From the NCBI GenBank assembly GCA_963977445.1, contig CAXBPH010000010.1, forward strand, positions 1 through 48,799: 48,799 bases of DNA, written 5' to 3'. Below are positions 44,450 through 48,799 of this stretch, piece by piece. A program made the position numbers and the translations under genes. Numbering within the stretch: the first letter of the stretch is position 1; every line of letters starts with the position of its first letter. The notes below the pieces were generated by a model. That model was not told the DNA's origin. It was given only the letters and a program-made list of their open reading frames with translations, and searched no databases. Origin of the DNA: an uncultured bacterium (GTDB lineage Bacteria > Hydrogenedentota > Hydrogenedentia > Hydrogenedentales > JAEUWI01).

Positions 44450-46975
44450 ATGAACAGCTCTCTGATGAGATTCATCAGTGTATTCTTAATCGCATTCAGC
44501 TTGACCACCGCCGTCACCGCCCAGGAGCAATCCTGGTTGTGGACGACGTCCAAGGCTCAGGAAAATGCCCGCCATCTATCGCTGATCGTAACGCCCGAGC
44601 GTTCAGATAGTGCCCACACCCAGGCCCGATTTCACTGCGATATCGCCAGTGACTTCAGCTATCGGAGTGCCACGGTGACGTTAAAGCTGCGGGATGCCAA
44701 GGGCAATCTCGTGAGCGAAGGGGCGCTGCCGCTGGATATTATCGCTGGGGCCAACGAGTGCGCTATCACCCTCGAAACCGCAGACTTAGGACTGGGCTCC
44801 TATGAGGCGACCTTCGCCATCAGCCATGCCCTGCTCTTGACCGAGCCCTCCCACACGTTCACGTTGCGCAACGTAAGTGTGGCCGATCTGGTTACACGCA
44901 CGGAGGCCGACGAGAAACGGGTGGCAGAATTAGCAACGGCCTTGGACGGGATGGAAGAAAGTTCGGGAGCCTATCCCTATCTCCGTCTGAAGATCAATCT
45001 GATCGAAGACGTCTTGAAATCGGCAAGAGAAAACGCCGATCGCAGCGCGTGGGAATCCCTGGAATCACAACTCCGCTATGTCGACAGCGGGCTGGATGCC
45101 GTCCATTCCGGCATGGTATTCGGCAGCACAAGTGGCGAACGAACCACCCCGATGCCCGACCGCTCTCAGGCCAGCCTCCTGGTACAGGATGGAGCCTTTA
45201 TGGCCGGAGGCCAACCGGTGTTCCTCTTCGGCGGCATGCTTCCCAGCATCAATCCGGAAGATATTGCCCGGCTCGATCGCTACCAATTGAATGCCGCCTC
45301 CATCGCACTCCAGCCGCAGGACAACCCCGCGTCCCCCGGCAGCACGGGCACCGACCTGGCCGCCCTCTTTGATGCGGCGGAAACCCACAATATCAGCGTC
45401 GCCATTCAGCTCAACCCAGAGTCGCTCATCAGCGACGGCATGGCGGCCGCCCCGTCACTTGACGCCCAACGACGGACGAACTTGACCCAAGAGGATGATA
45501 AGGCACAGTGGAATCAGTATCTCTCCGAGATCGCACCGCGCCTGCGGGATCAGTCCATGTTGTTTGGCGTAAGCCTGACGGAGGACCCGTACTTTCATTT
45601 TGAAGGGGAAGCGGTCAAGGCCGGATTCCTCGATTTTATTCGGGCCAATTATGAAGATCGCCTCGCCTTGAACCGGGCTTGGCGCGCCCATCTCGCTTCG
45701 CTCGATGATATCGAGCCTTGGGGCGTGGGGCCCTATTCCACCTACCAGGCCCACCGACCCTATCAGTTCGACTGGCAGACCTATCACCAGCGTCTGGGCA
45801 ATGCCTATTTTCAATGGTCACGGGATACGGCACGACATTTCTTGCCCGGCACCCCGCTCATGGCGACCATGAATGACATGCCTTTCCGCGCAGGCGAGGC
45901 AAATTACGGTATAAATCGCGAAGAACTCGCCCGTATCATGCAAATTTCGACCTGTGCGGGTGCCACCGGCTTTGACGCCCCCGTCTATGTGCTGGAGCAC
46001 CCCCGCCAGTCGGCCAACTATACGCTCTTGCGTTCTTTCGTGCCCGACCAGCCGGTTCTGAATCTCAACAGCACCTGGACCATTCCCGAGCAGGCCTCGG
46101 AAGCCGAAACCTTTCGCTTCCTCCATGGTGCCATCTGGGAAAGCGTTATGGCGGGCCTGAGTGGGGCAACTATTCCCATGGATTCCCTGGTGTTTCAACG
46201 TCCGGAAGCCCTGGAAGGCTTTGCCACCGCAGCGCTGGATGTGAATCGCCTCGCCCCCATCGTATTGGCCTTTCAATCGGCCCCCACCGACGTGGGTATC
46301 CTGTTCAGCCAGTCCTCCCGCGTTTTTGACGACGGAAAACCCCACCTCAAGTCCGCCTTGAATGCCTTCGAAGGCACGTCATTTGGCGGTTACAGCGTGC
46401 GTTTCATTACCGAGGATCAGGTTTCCAGTGGTATCTTGGACTCCGTAAAAATCCTTGTTATCCCCGACACGCCGGCCGTGAGTGATGACACCTTTGCCCA
46501 CCTGAGCGCCTATGTGGATGGGGGCGGTACCGTTGCGCGCACCGGCGCACCCATTCCCTACAACGAACGGGGAAACTCCCGGGACGACCTGATCCGAAAC
46601 ACCGCGAGCACCGTGTTGGTGCGCGGGTTAAATCTCCCCACGGAATATCTCCACGCGATTGACGCTGCGTCTTCGCTGGGTGCCCTGCCCCAGATTCCCC
46701 GGACCGTAACGGCCCAAGGCTATCCCGTAGAAGGGGTGAAGTCACGCTTTGTCACCTTTGAAGGGGAGCAGTATCTTTTCGTAATCAATCTCCGCAAAGA
46801 GCCCGCCTATTGCACCCTGACCACCGCAACACGCTCGGGTCGGGATCTAATCAACGGTGTGGATGTAAGTTTTCCCACCTCTCTTGATCCACTGGTTCCC
46901 ATGCTGATTAAGCTGGCGCCGGTAGAGCTTGAAATGACGGTAACAGCGGCAGCGGCTACGGACGAAAAATCCTGA
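44450..46975 (+). CDS. Secreted GH42/beta-galactosidase-like protein with trimerization domain
   Basis: Signal peptide; F..F....Y....ALNRAW, FDWQ.YH, VGILFSQSS, FITEDQ and KILVIP motifs; GAAGGA RBS. Confidence 0.75.
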   Translation: MNSSLMRFISVFLIAFSLTTAVTAQEQSWLWTTSKAQENARHLSLIVTPERSDSAHTQARFHCDIASDFSYRSATVTLKLRDAKGNLVSEGALPLDIIAGANECAITLETADLGLGSYEATFAISHALLLTEPSHTFTLRNVSVADLVTRTEADEKRVAELATALDGMEESSGAYPYLRLKINLIEDVLKSARENADRSAWESLESQLRYVDSGLDAVHSGMVFGSTSGERTTPMPDRSQASLLVQDGAFMAGGQPVFLFGGMLPSINPEDIARLDRYQLNAASIALQPQDNPASPGSTGTDLAALFDAAETHNISVAIQLNPESLISDGMAAAPSLDAQRRTNLTQEDDKAQWNQYLSEIAPRLRDQSMLFGVSLTEDPYFHFEGEAVKAGFLDFIRANYEDRLALNRAWRAHLASLDDIEPWGVGPYSTYQAHRPYQFDWQTYHQRLGNAYFQWSRDTARHFLPGTPLMATMNDMPFRAGEANYGINREELARIMQISTCAGATGFDAPVYVLEHPRQSANYTLLRSFVPDQPVLNLNSTWTIPEQASEAETFRFLHGAIWESVMAGLSGATIPMDSLVFQRPEALEGFATAALDVNRLAPIVLAFQSAPTDVGILFSQSSRVFDDGKPHLKSALNAFEGTSFGGYSVRFITEDQVSSGILDSVKILVIPDTPAVSDDTFAHLSAYVDGGGTVARTGAPIPYNERGNSRDDLIRNTASTVLVRGLNLPTEYLHAIDAASSLGALPQIPRTVTAQGYPVEGVKSRFVTFEGEQYLFVINLRKEPAYCTLTTATRSGRDLINGVDVSFPTSLDPLVPMLIKLAPVELEMTVTAAAATDEKS

Positions 46976-46994
46976 ATCTGCAATCCTGATTAGT

Positions 46995-47030
46995 AGGGCG
47001 AAAGGGGATTACGGCTGCCCCTTTCGCCTT
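46995..47030. terminator. Stem-loop after the GH42-like gene
   Basis: GGCGAAAGGGG-N10-CCCCTTTCGCC; weak T tract. Confidence 0.55.
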
Positions 47031-47100
47031 CGAAATACCGCAGCAAATTCATCGACGTTCGGGGTCTGCCCGTTCCCCGTGTCGAAACGAGGAACGACTT

Positions 47101-48588
47101 ATGCGCATGCTACTCTTGAGCCTTACCCTTTCTGTCGCCACCCTGGGCACCCAGGCAGAATTACAGAACGTCGAGGTGGAGAGTATTCTCCGTGCCGCGA
47201 GCCCGACTCAGGCGACTCAACTGAATGACCCACTGAAAGGGTCCGTCACGGCGGGAGAAACCACCCTCGACGATCAGACCGATGTGGCCATCACGGCCTA
47301 CAACAACAATCGGGCCCTGGTTCGTGATCGCCGTACCATCAAACTCCTCCCCGGCGAATTGACGTTGAAGTTCATGGATGTGGCCGCCCAAATTCAACCC
47401 GAGACGGTGAGCCTCCAATCCCTCTCCAGCCCGGGCGAACTGCTCATCCTGGAACAGAATTACGAATACGACCTCATGAGCCCGGATGCCCTGATGAACA
47501 AGTATGTGGGTAAAGAAGTTCGCCTCATCAATAAATCGACGGACTACAGTTTCTTTGAACAGAACGCCACCCTCCTGGGAAATAACAACGGGCCCATCTT
47601 CGAGATTGGTGGCGACATCTATCTGGGGCACCCCGGCACCGTCGTCTTACCGGAACTTCCGGAAGAATTAATCGCCAAGCCCTCCCTCATCTGGTTGTTG
47701 CAGAACAAAGGCACGGACCACGACGTTGAAGTCACCTATCTCACCGGGGGTATCTCCTGGAAGGCCGATTACGTCGTCACCCTCGCGGAGGATGAGACCA
47801 CCTTAAACCTGGAAGGCTGGGTAACCCTTACCAACGAATCGGGTGCCCAGTACAACGATGCCCAACTTAAGCTGGTCGCCGGGGACGTCAACATCGTGCA
47901 GGACATGATGCCCAAGACGGCCGGCATGGCCCGGGGGATGATGGCCATGGACGCGGCTCCCATGCAAGAGGAGAGTTTCGCGGAGTATCACCTCTATACC
48001 CTCTCCCGTCGCACGACCATCAAACAAAACCAGACGAAACAAGTCAGCTTGCTCCGGGCAAACGGGGTTGCCGTTAAGAAAACCTACGAATACCGGGGCC
48101 AGGGCTTCTACTACTTCCAGCCGATTCAGGGCCAAATCGATGAAAAAGTCGGTGTGTTTCTGGAACTCGACAACAAGGAAGAAAACCAGATGGGTATGCC
48201 CCTGCCCGCCGGTATCATGCGCGTCTATCAGCCCGATTCCGAAGGCATGCTGCAATTCTCCGGCGAGGATCGCATCCAGCACACGCCGAAAGATGAAACC
48301 GTGCGCCTCCAATTGGGGAACGCTTTTGACATCGTAGGTGAGCGGGTCCAAACCGATTTTCAGCGCATCACCGACCGGGTAAATGAGTCGAGCTATACGA
48401 TTACACTCCGCAATCACAAGGACGTGGCGGTCACGGTGGATGTGGTCGAGCAGATGATGGGCGACTGGAAAATACTGGAAGAATCAATTGCCCACGTAAA
48501 GAAAGACGCACAGACCGCTATCTTCCGTGTGCCCGTGGCGGCTGACGGCACGGCAACGCTCACCTATCGGGCCCGCGTTCAGCAATAA
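47101..48588 (+). CDS. DUF4139/DUF4140 domain secreted protein
   Basis: AYNNNRALVRDRR, EQNYEYDL, YLTGGISWKADY, EYHLYTL, NQTKQV, GMPLPAG and HTPKDE. Confidence 0.88.
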   Translation: MRMLLLSLTLSVATLGTQAELQNVEVESILRAASPTQATQLNDPLKGSVTAGETTLDDQTDVAITAYNNNRALVRDRRTIKLLPGELTLKFMDVAAQIQPETVSLQSLSSPGELLILEQNYEYDLMSPDALMNKYVGKEVRLINKSTDYSFFEQNATLLGNNNGPIFEIGGDIYLGHPGTVVLPELPEELIAKPSLIWLLQNKGTDHDVEVTYLTGGISWKADYVVTLAEDETTLNLEGWVTLTNESGAQYNDAQLKLVAGDVNIVQDMMPKTAGMARGMMAMDAAPMQEESFAEYHLYTLSRRTTIKQNQTKQVSLLRANGVAVKKTYEYRGQGFYYFQPIQGQIDEKVGVFLELDNKEENQMGMPLPAGIMRVYQPDSEGMLQFSGEDRIQHTPKDETVRLQLGNAFDIVGERVQTDFQRITDRVNESSYTITLRNHKDVAVTVDVVEQMMGDWKILEESIAHVKKDAQTAIFRVPVAADGTATLTYRARVQQ

Positions 48589-48648
48589 GACCCCGCTAAA
48601 TAGCAACGCGGCGTCCTGCACCCCTTAAAAAAGGTTCATGGGCAATTA

Positions 48649-48798
48649 ATGGGTGCCCACAAAGACTCACGCCGTCAAAACAAACTGATCCCATCAATCG
48701 TGCCGCGCGATCCGGTATTTCCGGTCGAAGATGCGCCGCAGGAGGGTTCGTGCGCGGATTGGGAGATACGACTACGTCTCTACATCAAGGCCAAGGCC
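48649..48798 (+). CDS. Possible 5' partial ORF running off the window
   Basis: Open frame MGAHKDSRRQ... to the end of the window; no motif. Confidence 0.25.
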   Translation, partial: MGAHKDSRRQNKLIPSIVPRDPVFPVEDAPQEGSCADWEIRLRLYIKAKA

Positions 48799-48799
48799 A

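Overview
The window has two parts. (1) ~255-29079: a >28 kb integrative element inserted at the 3' end of a tRNA-Arg(UCU) gene (29057-29133, minus strand). It carries a tyrosine integrase with an adjacent excisionase, a DUF3102-like coiled-coil gene, and an operon of small genes led by a DUF932-like gene. It also has repeated iteron-like and DnaA-box-like DNA modules, a complete six-gene type I-like BREX system (brxA-brxB-brxC-pglX-pglZ-brxL) followed by an orphan 4-TM gene, an IS3 scar, a DUF4230 gene, and a replication module (AEP primase-SF2 helicase fusion, HTH, DUF669-like SSB). A 16-bp palindrome, AATCAAGCGCTTGATT, recurs five times across the element. The far att site is not visible. 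(2) 29134-end: host chromosome with ppdK, two tandem FHA-GAF histidine kinases, and a PAS/Zn-ribbon/ACBP-like fusion. An envelope operon follows (short Skp-like protein, TPR-FxLYD lipoprotein, two secretins lacking N-domains, lnt, murJ), then a candidate ~176-nt structured RNA, a GH42-like protein and a DUF4139 protein. The (GE)n repeat plus Gly-Cys/TM/basic tail at the left edge suggests a Candidatus Hydrogenedentes-like host (inference). All family calls come from motif recognition by eye; no searches were run.
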